Assembly: GCF_009914755.1 (NCBI RefSeq)
Contig: NC_060926.1
Length of the DNA stretch: 64,000 bases
Source: the human T2T-CHM13v2.0 reference genome, Homo sapiens
Direction: 5' to 3' (one strand)
Shown here: positions 16,095 through 29,851 of the stretch, piece by piece
Layout of the letters: every line of letters begins with the position of its first letter
Position numbering within the stretch: position 1 is the first letter of the stretch
The notes under the pieces: model-generated
Seen by the model: only the letters and a program-made list of their open reading frames with translations
Databases searched by the model: none
What the model was told of the DNA's origin: nothing
Position numbers and translations under genes: made by a program

Positions 16095-16864
16095 TAGAAT
16101 ATTCAAGTACAAAAAATGAAAATGTATATATCTATGACTGTTAAGAAATGTTAGAAATCATTAAAATGTTCTGAGAATACCAGTAAGGCACTGAATGCAA
16201 ATACCACCTGAAATATGAATTATGTGCATTTTTATATCTTTAATATTCAGATGTTCATAGTTATTTTCTTAAAAAGTATTTTTAATAAAATGATTCAACC
16301 TTATTATTTTTACCCTGGAAGACAGAGTTTAAACAAGTATGTAATGAAAAGTTTTCCTAATGAAAGCTGTGATACACTCATGCTCAAAGGTACTTTATCC
16401 TTAGGAAAAAATAGCTTATATATCTGGATGTTTTAACTTTTAAAGATATTTTGTTTCACCACAGTAATACGTCAGCCATAATAAGGCATAATAAAGCATG
16501 AAGTCATCATATTAAATAATCTGACACAAAAGCTTAAGATCATATCACCAATTGGGTAATTGTATAAAAAATTTTTAAGTTCTATAAAACTATTAAGAGG
16601 TTAGAGTTTTAGCTCCATAATACATCCCAAAACATATTCCCCAAAATTTTTAGCATATATAAAAAAGGTTCATCTTGGAATATAAATGTAATCAGATAGC
16701 CACGATATTAATGGGTTCTGTATTTTCAGTGGCACTGACTTCGCTCTTTGGTATAATGCACTGCAGTGACAATAGCTTGGTAGCAAGAGAAAAGATTTAG
16801 ATTCATCACAGAACAGCAACTTAAACATTTCTAACAACAGTGAATATATATGAATATATAGGTA

Positions 16865-17180
16865 CAAGCTGAGTATCCCTTATCCAAAATGCTAGGGACC
16901 AGAAGTGTTTTGGATTTCAGGTTTGGAATATCTGCATATACACAACGGGACCCGACTCTAATTACATAATTCATGTTTCACATCCACCTTATACATATAG
17001 CCTGAAAGTAATTTATACAAAAATTTTGTGCAAGAAACAAAATCTGTTTAAACTGAACCATCAGAAAGCAAAGGTGTCGGGTGGGGAATTTTCCACTTGT
17101 GGGGTCAAGTCAGTGCTCAAAAAGATTCAGATTTTGAAGCTTCTGGATTTCAGATTTTTGAATTAGAGATGCTCAACTTG
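16865..17180. mobile_element. Tigger4/MER46-type DNA-transposon MITE inside the SEPTIN10 3' UTR
   Basis: TIRs caagctgagtatccct ... agagatgctcaacttg, flanked by TA on both sides (16863-16864, 17181-17182). Confidence 0.85.
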
Positions 17181-17372
17181 TAGTATCATTCACTCTGGCT
17201 TATGTATTGACCTTGTACTTGAAAGTACTTTTCCATAAATATCAGTAACTGTGGCTGTTCACCAAATATAGAAGTGATAAAACAAATAACAGCAAAATCA
17301 AAGCACACTTCTAGTTTTTTTTTAATAAAGTTTGCTTGTGATGATGACCTTCTGTGCTCTGGAACTTCTGTT

Positions 17373-17388
17373 TTACAAAAAATTGGAG
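17373..17388 (-). CDS. SEPTIN10: Septin-10 last coding exon, canonical frame (N)SNFL*
   Basis: ttttctttccag|C TCC AAT TTT TTG TAA; strong pyrimidine tract; completes AA|C = Asn. Confidence 0.92.
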
Positions 17389-17849
17389 CTGGAAAGAAAA
17401 AGAACCTTTTGATTGGTACAATTTAAAAAAAATTCAAGTAAAAATTAGCAAACATGCATCTAGTATATTATAGGATATCTGGCCATGGGACTTTGAAAAA
17501 GAAAAGAAAAAACCAAAAACACCAAACCATATTTTCTTGAAGATAAATTCTTCTAGAGAGCTCTCAAAAAATATGGGCTTGGTCCTGATTTTGCAAACAA
17601 CAGCAGGGTTCTCAAGTGGAGCAGGGTGATAATTTTTACAAGGTAAATGTAAATTATCTTTCATATAGGGGAAAAAATGGGAAATCTAATTTTAGTAACA
17701 CTGGGTTAAGATGAAAGGAAAAAAGGTATTAATAAAAGATCCATTAGCTTTAAAATCCAAAGCATGTTGAAAAGCAGTAATAAATTTATAGTTTATCTTT
17801 CTAAATTCAATGCTTGAATAAAATACAGCTTTTATACTATTTATTCTTT

Positions 17850-17960
17850 CAAAAATAATTGCATGCCTACTATGTACCAGACAACTGCTCTAGGCTCTGG
17901 GGATGGCTATATCAATGAACAAGATAAAGATCCATGCCCTTGGAGAGCTTGCATTGAAAG
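17850..17960 (-). mobile_element. L2 fragment
   Basis: 'tgcctactatgtaccagac..ctgctctaggctctggggat..atgaacaagat'. Confidence 0.65.
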
Positions 17961-18523
17961 ATCATACATGAGAATTCCTTCCTCTTTTCCAAAAAAACAA
18001 ACAAACAAACAAAAATACCTGTAAAATATATAAGCCAATAAAATCTGCCAAAGTCCTGTGGTTTACTTCTCCATATTTAAAAATTGAAAGCCACCAATGG
18101 GCCAAGGTTATGTTTTCCTATTTTAAAGTTGAGTTGCAATATTCTGAAAATGGGTCTGAAATAGATGCAGTGAGAGCATTAAACCAGATGTGTTGCTCTG
18201 TGGGGAACATGGGAGCATGCAACGCTGCTAGCACAGAGGTAGCTAGAGTAAACTGAGGCAGAGTCCCCCAAATGAGCATTCTGAATAGAACAAGGCATGA
18301 TGAATTTCCTCAAGAGCCAAATAGTTAAACCGACAGGGATACTTAAGTGGGAGAAATAAAACAAGGGACACAAAGTACAGAAGGAAATTATCAAAAAGGA
18401 AAAATAAACTTATTTTCTAAAACTTGGGTAACTGATTTTAACACATACCCCAAACCTACACGCCTTGCGATTATCATCCACATGCTACTCATGGCTGCCC
18501 CCTTGCACTGTGGCCCTCTCTAC

Positions 18524-18606
18524 CTTTCTCTGCGTCTTTACGTCCACCATTGGTTTCACAAGCTCTGACATCAATGCACAGGAGTTCGAATCGACAGCCT
18601 GGTTCC
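18524..18606 (-). CDS. SEPTIN10: Alternative 83-nt cassette exon in SEPTIN10 intron 10
   Basis: ttttattttaataag|GGAACC...GAGAAAG|gtagag. Open in the phase left by exon 10 (AA|G): EPGCRFELLCIDVRACETNGGRKDAEK. Resembles a longer SEPT10 isoform as I recall it (unverified). Confidence 0.7.
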
Positions 18607-18874
18607 CTTATTAAAATAAAAATTCTCACAAAATCAGTATCAGTAGAATTTGTTCTAAAAAACTGAACCTAAGAATTAATTCAATAAAATACTATCTTAT
18701 GTCTATAATTCCCCAACAAAGGGCACAGCTTTATTTAGACATGAAATTCAAAATAACTCATGGTAGGTCAGCAGCCATTAGCTGTGTACTAGGGCCACGG
18801 CTGGGCTATTCAATAAGAGCAGCCATTTTCCCCCAGCTAACTGATCCTTTTCACACTGTGATGTATTTTTATTT

Positions 18875-19010
18875 TGTTCATTCATTCATTTTGGCAAATA
18901 CTGAACACATAACATGTGCCAGGTGCTGTTCTGGATGCTGGGGAAACAGCAGTGAACAAGAGGGACAAGGTCTCTCCTCTCCAGGAGCTGACATTTAGTT
19001 GGAGAAGGAA
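18875..19010 (-). mobile_element. L2 fragment
   Basis: 'ttcattcattcatt..aaatactgaac..atgtgccaggtgctgttctggatgctggggaaacagcagtgaacaaga'. Confidence 0.7.
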
Positions 19011-19113
19011 GACAAAGCATAAGGAAGCAGAAGTAAGAAGCGCTAGGAAGATCCGACAGGGCAATGTGACAAGTGTGGGCAGGGCTGCCAGGGAGGGTGG
19101 CTGGGCCTCTTAC

Positions 19114-19301
19114 TTCTTACGGTCCTTGTCCTTCCTCAGGTTGCTGCCTGTTGCCAGAAAGGACTGGCTGTGAAATATCTCGGAGGTAGCTTTCTTTTTA
19201 GAGAAAGCAATTATTTCTTCTTCCAAAAGTCTTCTCTTTTCTTCAAGCTTCATTCTCTCTTCTTGGTGAAGTCTCTTAAGGTGCTCAAATTTGGCCTGTA
19301 G
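19114..19301 (-). CDS. SEPTIN10: Septin-10 coding exon 10 (coiled coil)
   Basis: ttccag|CTACAGGCC...CGTAAGAA|gtaaga; 188 nt. [62 protein letters not shown]. Confidence 0.97.
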
Positions 19302-19985
19302 CTGGAAACAAAAGTGCAATCCCCACTACTGACACAGCGCGGCAGCAGAGGCACGCTCTCCAGCTCAGCAACACAAAGGCAGACCCCATAGCGCAACACA
19401 GAATAACCTACACAGTCAAAATCTTTCTGAAGTCTCAGAAGTTCATAGTTCAAGGAAAAGTTTACATATGGAATTCCCTTGGTAACTTTAATTTAAATGA
19501 GTTCCCATGCAAAAATCATAGCTTTATGTACAAAACTATTTTTAAAACATTGTGAACTTTTCCTAGAGTTTTTATTTTCTCGGTGTGTATTTTCCCTACA
19601 AAACTTCTTAAAGTCTCTCAAGTCCATGCTCAATAAAAATAAGAGATGCAAAGTATAGAAAGAAATTACCAGAAAGGAAAAAAACAACAACACTATTTTC
19701 CAAATAAAATATATGCAGTAAACAGTTATTGAAAACTGTACTAGTAAACATCACTGGAAAGCAAGTGTCAATTGTCAACTATGTCAAGAATGTTAAAACT
19801 GTATTCTATTTTTCCATAGTCTTTCAATGTCCTGAGATCTAGGCTTAAAAAAATCCTAAATTCAGAGAAAGCTTTACATATAAAAATACTCATCATAGTA
19901 GAATTTACACTATAATAGGAAAAACATTGCCTACATAGCCAATAAAGATAAAGAATAAATTAATGCTAAATACATTTGATGCAGC

Positions 19986-20515
19986 TGTAGGAGAGCAGAA
20001 TGTGCAGGACTGTTGAGCTGAGGGCAACTAAGAAGCAGCAGATACAGGAAAGCTCTCTGACCTCCCTTTAGGCGCCTAAAGGCAGGATACAGATGTACAA
20101 AGAAAAAAGGTATCCAGCCCCCTTCCCCAACCAGGGAGAACAAAGGTTAACCACCAAAGACAACTTCAGACCCTTTTGGGCCTGGAGACTGGTACCAGAC
20201 AGCTCTACATTAACTAGCTTTACTGACTAGCCTTCATCTGCCAGCTATGTGCCTTCCTCCAAGTTGCTGCCTCTAGAGACTCCAAGTCCTTTTCCTTTGT
20301 CTTGTCATTTCTGTAAAAATTAACTGTTCTTTGTTGAAGATGCTATAGAAGGTAGAATGCAGTCGCCTCTTTGAGAACTACTCATTGACTGTATCACCCC
20401 TGTATATGTGAAATATACATGCTAATAAACTTGTTTTTTTTTTTTTTTTTTGGTTAATCTGAAAATAAGGGGTCATTCCAATAAGAACCTATAGGGGTTA
20501 TTCTTCCCGTATACA
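19986..20515 (+). mobile_element. Solo ERV1-class LTR (MER34/MER39-like, family uncertain)
   Basis: TG...CA ends, 'gagctgagggcaactaagaagcagcagat..ggaaagctctctg', internal AATAAA at ~20424. Confidence 0.6.
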
Positions 20516-21467
20516 ACTGTTAAATGAGTTTCAAGAGATTTCTCTTAAGTGAAAAAAGCAGAAGAAAAAATTATTTAAAGAATACAATTCAGCAGTTTTT
20601 CACCTCCTTGGGGCTGAAAATCATCTTGATAAACCATATAAAGGGAGCAATGTCACCTTAGATGTCAATTTTGGGGCAGGCCTTTTAATTTATTTTGTTC
20701 CACAATTTAAGGAATGCCCTATATGGATCATAGAAGGCATATTTCTCAAAGCTATGAAGGGCATAAAACTCTGGAAACTTACAAATAAAAAGGAAGCTTT
20801 AAAACAACTGGGATATACCAAAAGAAAACATCTATCTAACGTTTTTACCATGATGGCTGGCACTGAGTAAGCACTCGATAAATATTAGCCATTGTTAATA
20901 ACAAAAAATAGGAAACTCAGCTTGCTCCAGCTGCCACCCTGGGTAGTTCTTTCTGTGTCCTGTGCTCTGTTACAGGTGCAAAAGAGAAACCCTTAGCACA
21001 CATGTGCTGGGGTAACTGTGGGAGCAACGTCTCCCTGAGGATTACTTAGGAGCTATGTCTTTTTCATTTTTATACCCCCAGCACAGCACACAATACTGCT
21101 CATAAAAGAATTCTAAAAGATGTAGAAGAACTAGTAATGAGAGGAAATACAGATGAAAGTTATGTGAAGTTCTGCATGCAGTTCAGAGAGACAAGGTCCA
21201 AGGAGAATGTAGGTGGACCTGGTTTAATTGTGGCTTACCTCAAAAAAAAAAAAAACTAGGGTCTTAAGCCAGCTCCATAGGAATCAGCTGTGTGCTGTGC
21301 CCTCTAACAACACAACCACAGTGTCTAGAATCTACATTTTAAAAGATAACCTTATTTTTGGTCCTCTGATCTGGTTAGGTAAATCTGACATTAACATTTT
21401 AGTTCTGGGTAGAAACCTGGCATTCATGCAAACAAAGCAGGACTTGGTGTCTAGAAAAAGACGACAT

Positions 21468-21899
<432 letters not shown>

Positions 21900-22713
21900 T
21901 CAGAGACTGAGAGAAGAAACCAGAGAGCTAAACTCTGGTCTAATAAAACTGTTATGTTCCAAATATGGAATAGGTTGTCCTGTGAGCCAGTGACCACCTG
22001 ATAGGAGAAGTATTCCAAGGGAAACAAGGTTAAAACAGATAATCGATTAAGGCCCTCCTAACATAAGATGCTTTTATTCCAGAGGATGCCTTTTCAGAGA
22101 AGCATCAGTTCCTTAGTATTTGCTTATTTAAATGGTTCCTGCTTTTAAAAAAGTTACATGTTAGGTATGTGTGTGTGTTTAAAGGGCACACTCCCCAGAT
22201 GTCATTCAAATCGGTGGCACAAACAAAGAGTGGCAGTTCTCTGCACACGTGTGCATCGGTGATGTGGGAGAGGAGCAGGAGTGGGACAAAGTCTGGAAAG
22301 GAAGCAGCAAGGGCAGGTTTCTATCACATGACTAGAGATAGCTCTCTGGTTACTCAAATGGAGGTTGCATACCTCACATGAATATTAAAATATCTTGAAA
22401 GGTCACACAGCACTTTATACATCATTCATGAGGTTGACTAAAAAATTCCAGGAAAACTACAAAGAGGGAAACATTAAACAAGGGGGCAGGGAAGTGTGAA
22501 TGTGACTGTTATTCACACTGGGTGGCATTTCCAGCTCTGGCTATCAACAACTATTCCATACACATGAAGCATGCATTCATGGTTCCATTATTCACTACGA
22601 CAGGCAGTTAATTCAAATACATTTTCAAATTCTCAAAAAATTAAAAACAAGGGATCTTTTGTGCTATCAATAGTCACCAATTCTCTTAAGAATATTAAGT
22701 CATCAGTATGGTA

Positions 22714-23677
<964 letters not shown>

Positions 23678-24995
23678 CCATTTTTAGAAATTAGAAATAA
23701 ATGCCAGGGAAAATATTTCTCTCTGCTGAGCTAGCAGATGACTTCCATCTAAACTCTGTGTGGTCCCTTCTGCCCTGCCTGCCTAGAAGTTAGAGCCCAG
23801 TCTTTGTGTTCACTTAAAAATTCCCTCAACCAGGGCTCTCGGCTGCCCTCTGTGCAAACCCCTTCTTCGTACCCTGTATTATAAGGCTCCTGTTCTCCTC
23901 ATGTTCATGGTTGTAACGTAGCTGCATTTTTAAATTGTAAATTACCGAGCATACTTTTTGGAAATACAAGGGGCATAAATGTTAAATGAAAAAATTATTC
24001 CAAGATATAGACAGACATATCAAATTGGGTAGTAATAATAATGATGGTCATGTAACCTGAGGGATAAATATAAACTGTACTTTTTCTTAAAGTGGGGAGG
24101 GTATATAGGAAATCCGTCTGTCATATGCAACATGCCTCATGAGTTCTTCTAGAATCTTGTCAATAAAGGAATAGGGAAGACAGAACGTCAACGATATTTG
24201 GAGACATCATTTGTTCTGTGCATCTCCCCATTCTAGTCATCTAATGTTCACACACTATTATCTAAGCACACATCATTTTACAAAGCTACATATAGAAATA
24301 TGGATTTATACAAAAGATAAATTAAGGGATATTTGTTTCACAACAATATTGGCAAGGACATATTTAAATAACAGTCCTTTAATATAGAATTAAATAATGT
24401 TTTGAGTGGTATCTTTTTATTAGTGAATTGGTAAAACTAAGATTCATGCTATATGAGAAACTCTTGAATAAAAGAAACTAAACAAACATAATACCCATGT
24501 ACAATATGCAATCTGTGATTGCATCCTGGTTCAAAAACAAAAACAGAAAAATCACCAAATAAAAAGGAACGATTTTGAAAGCCAATCTTGGGGCAACTGG
24601 GGAAATCTGAATAAGGACTGAAGATTGGGTGAGATTATGGTATTCCTGTTTTCTTAGGTAAGGGGAAGGACATAGGTATCCTATACTTTCACTTTTCTGT
24701 TGTTTGAACTTTTTCCAAATAAAACATCAAAATTCGCATTATAAATAAATTAGTAAACTATTACTTTTACAAAACCATTTCCTGCACAGTTCATTTACAT
24801 AGCAAGTACTGTAAGTGTATTTGAAATAATAAACTAGCACAATTGGATTACAGATTAACTCTTCAAGAAATCATGTATTTTCAAGAAAATAGCTTTACTC
24901 AAAACCTAAATTGCTGCTTCAGAACTAGAAGCAAACAAAACTACAGAAGTTCAGTGATTTTTTTGGTGCCAGGGCTACCCCAAGGTCATCTAGAC

Positions 24996-25328
24996 CAGGG
25001 GTCCCCAATCCCCAGGCCGCGGACCAGTACTGGTCCATGGCCTGTTAGGAACTGGGCTACACAGTATAAGGTGAGTGGCGGGCAAACAAGCATTACTGCC
25101 TGAGCTCCGCCTACTGTCAGATCAGTGGTGGCATTAGATTCCCACAGGAGCACAAACCCTATTGCAAACTGTGCATGTGAGGGATCTTGGTTGTGCGCTC
25201 CTTGTGAGAATCTAATGCCTGATGATCTGAGCTGGAACAGTTTCATCCTGAAACCATCTCCCCTGGTCCGTGGAAAAACTGTCTTCCAGGAAACGGGTCC
25301 CTGGTGCCAAAAAGGTTGGGGACCACTG
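24996..25328. mobile_element. MER1B (hAT-Charlie) MITE
   Basis: caggggtccccaa...ttggggaccactg termini; perfect 8-bp TSD atctagac (24988-24995, 25329-25336). Confidence 0.9.
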
Positions 25329-25573
25329 ATCTAGACCACCTAACTACATCCTGAGAGACTGAGTTCAAATGGAAAGTAAAGCTACTTCACAGCCTTCACA
25401 GATATCCATTTCAGGGCAAACAACCACCCCAGCAACACTCAAAAAAGGCTTTATTAAGCCATAGTAAAAATGTTTATAGCTCATGGTTAAGATACTTCTT
25501 AGTAACCTAGTCCATTACAAGCCCTTGGTAAACCATTTCTAATGGAAGAATATTTGCTCAAAAGGCCAAAATT

Positions 25574-25957
25574 CTCTTTGGTCTCAGTCAAAGGAGTGAG
25601 ATGACAAAGGGAAGGTCATAGTTTGGGAAGCATCACAGTAAGACGCATACACTGTGTTGCCACTGTGGCTGTGAGGCCCACCACCTTCAGGAGTTGGGCT
25701 GTGGCAAATGTGGCTTACCCTGCTAGGCATAAGAAAACATCCAGTCGTGTTTCTTCTTTTAGCCTTGGCACTAACAAAGACAAACCACCACTGAGACTGG
25801 TTGAATGAGGCACCTAAAAATTGTATACCGTGGATTCAAGGCATGGATTTCATGAAAGAAAAATGTGTGCACCCAAGAGGGTAGCTGCTGCAGCTTCCAG
25901 TTCATTGTAAGAATTTCAACGATTAGTGACTCCATAAATGTACTGCTTTAAAAAAAA
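25574..25957 (+). pseudogene. RPL37 processed pseudogene, antisense within SEPTIN10 intron 9
   Basis: ATG at 25601: [37 protein letters not shown]...MRHLKIVYR...PKRVAAAASSSL* (TAA 25908-25910), clearly homologous to RPL37 (MTKGTSSFGKRRNKTHTLC...PKRAAVAASSSS). Stops and frameshifts, no introns, A tail. TSD aaaaggccaaaatt (25560-25573) / agaaggccaaagtt (25958-25971). Confidence 0.92.
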
Positions 25958-26150
25958 AGAAGGCCAAAGTTTTCATTTAATTTCAGGCTATGATTCTAAG
26001 TCAATATTCAAATACTATGTGTTGGAAAAGCTACTCTTTAAAGAACAAGTAGCCTACAAAAGAGTCTCAAGCAAATTCTTGGAATAAATCCTCCAAATTA
26101 ATAGGACATCTAAAAAATAAATGCAAATCACATCAAACCAGCATACTTGC

Positions 26151-26283
26151 CTCTCTCTCAGCTTCTTTCAATATGGCTTCTTTCTCCTTTACTCGCTGCA
26201 CAAACATCTGTTTCATTTCTTCTTCCTTCCTCTGACGTTCACCATGGAACTCATGTCTTTTGGCTTCATAGGTCTCTTGAACA
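26151..26283 (-). CDS. SEPTIN10: Septin-10 coding exon 9 (coiled coil), GC donor
   Basis: ttttag|TGTTCAAGAG...GAGAGAGAG|gcaagt; 133 nt. [44 protein letters not shown]; only the GC donor keeps phase 0 with the next exon. Confidence 0.95.
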
Positions 26284-26326
26284 CTAAAAAGTTATTTGTG
26301 TTACTCTCCTGCTAAAAAGTGATATA

Positions 26327-27794
<1,468 letters not shown>

Positions 27795-28537
27795 TACATC
27801 TCATGTTCAGCCTCATATATGTAACAGGTACCAATATTTTTTTACACATGGTAACCCAAAACATGAAATTTCCTATAGCATGAAATATGAAGCCACCCGT
27901 GTTAGTGCTGATATGGAGTACTAGAGTCACTGGAATCACTGTATGTAGAAACTTGGAAATCCTGAGTCATCTTTCACTCTTCCCTTACCCTATCTCCCTA
28001 TCTTATCAAGGTCCATTAGTTCAGCTTCTGAAGCTAAGTCTCCTAATATAACCTTCTTTCCATTTCTACAGATACCAGATTACAGCCGAACCTGATCTTT
28101 GTGATTTTCTGCCTTCACTACTGCAACAATCTCCTAATTCATCTCTGAGCTTCTAGTTCCTCTTTCTTTCACTTTGTTCTTGTCACCCTCTAGATTTTCC
28201 ACCAAAAACACAGATCTCATTATCTTTTCTCACCACATTAAAGTTATGCTATCTATAGAATAAGGTCCCACCTCCTTTAAATTGCACTCAAGAAACTTTA
28301 TAATCTCTGGCCTAATTCTACCTTTCCAGATTGATTTCTCACCAAACAATTCTGATATCCTATCCTCAGGTTTCAGCCACACCAACCTGTTCATTGTTCC
28401 CAGAACGAACCTGGCATTTCAGGCTTCAGTTTGTGGCCACTGTCCACCTTCTACCCCCATGCTGTCCTGCTCATCCTCTACCCCTCAAGGGCAAATTCAC
28501 ATGTAACTTCTTCTGTAAAGTCTCCCCCACTCTCCCC

Positions 28538-28977
28538 TGTTGCAGGCCAAAAGAATGAGGGTCATGATCAACTCAGTATACCACTGGAGGCTATATTAGT
28601 AAAGAGCAAACTATTCTCATAAATGCAGAATGTTAGCAAACTGACAAACTGCGTCTGCCATCCAGAAGGAATGCTGAGGGCAGTCACGACCCAGGCACAA
28701 GTGTTTCTTGTGATTATCTACAGGGCACATCTGAAGCCTGTTAGCAATAATATGAACCTGTGATCAATTACGCAGCTGACCAATCGTTACCTCTTCCTCC
28801 CTGTTCTTTCTACCCAATAAATACAAACGGCTTAAGAAGCTTGGGGCGGCTGCCTTTGCTCACTAGAAGCAGGACGCTCTCTTCTTCTTCCCCTGGCCCC
28901 TTCCTTTAAAACAGTTTCTTGTAAGTTTTCATTTCTGTGTTCATCCTCCTTCGTTCAGTCCCGTAGTGACTGCCAAA
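28538..28977 (+). mobile_element. Solo LTR3-like LTR (ERVK, HML-6) inserted in an L2
   Basis: 'gaatgagggtcatgatcaactcagtataccactggaggctatat'; 6-bp TSD ctcccc (28532-28537, 28978-28983); 440 bp. Confidence 0.8.
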
Positions 28978-29851
28978 CTCCCCAGTTAGAATTAACTGTT
29001 CCTTCCAAGCACTGCCATGGCATTTATATCCTGCCCATCTCTCCCTTCTCATAGGTCACAAATCTTGAGAACAGAAAATGAAGCCTCATTCATCTCTGTG
29101 ACTATCCAGCAGAGCTCTCTAGACATTTCAGTTTCTTTATAAATGTTCATAGAATGACAAATTTCTGGGAAGAGGAGGAAGATTTAACCAGCATAACCAG
29201 CAGAGAAAGGACTATCCTGGAACTCTACCAGTAGCTGCCCTTTCCTATGTGTAGAATTTTGGAGGTATAATAAGCCTTCTTATATGTCAGAAACACTGAG
29301 CCCTTCCATTTGGGCTTGCTATAAGAATATCCCAAAGGTTTGACAGAGAATACAAATTCACTTTCCAGCTACATTAGTGAGAAATTTCTATTGCTTATAA
29401 AAATAAATCAATTTCAAAATATGAATTAAATCTTATTAATCTTAAATTTTATAACTGGAGACATTAAGCTTTTAAGTATAGAATTCTGTAAGTTCAAAGA
29501 AACGCAGAGTAAGAAATACTACACAACAGCTACCAAGGCTGAGAGGTGAGTTTGAGGCATGTACAGGAGGGGTTCCAAGCAGGAACAGATCCTAAACACT
29601 TGCAGAAACCTGTTCTTTAAGAGCAGAGATTACAAATGTGCAAAATACCCTAGACATCACATGTCTCACACCCCAAGGAGGCATTTTACTTAGTATCAGG
29701 CCTTTTTTTTTCTGTTGTGATCTTTTTTTTTAAAGAAGCCCCTATATTTATCAGCTACTTTCTTCATCTTTAGAAACCTCCCTACATTTCACTAGTCCAA
29801 CATGACTGATAGTCTTTAAAGACAAGCTTGATGTAAAAATATCTTGAATTC

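Larger units (their letters stand above)
15860..17372 (-). other. SEPTIN10: SEPTIN10 3' UTR (AU-rich, end approximate)
   Basis: AT-rich and Alu-free downstream of the TAA, with clustered AATAAA signals; the exact cleavage site is inferred. Confidence 0.75.

Noticed and set aside
18581-18593. ggagttcgaatcg resembling a tRNA T-loop / Pol III B box
   Set aside because: No cloverleaf or A box; it is the antisense of the SEPTIN10 cassette exon (CGA TTC GAA CTC).
25623-25808. 61-aa ORF
   Set aside because: Off-frame reading of the disabled RPL37 pseudogene.
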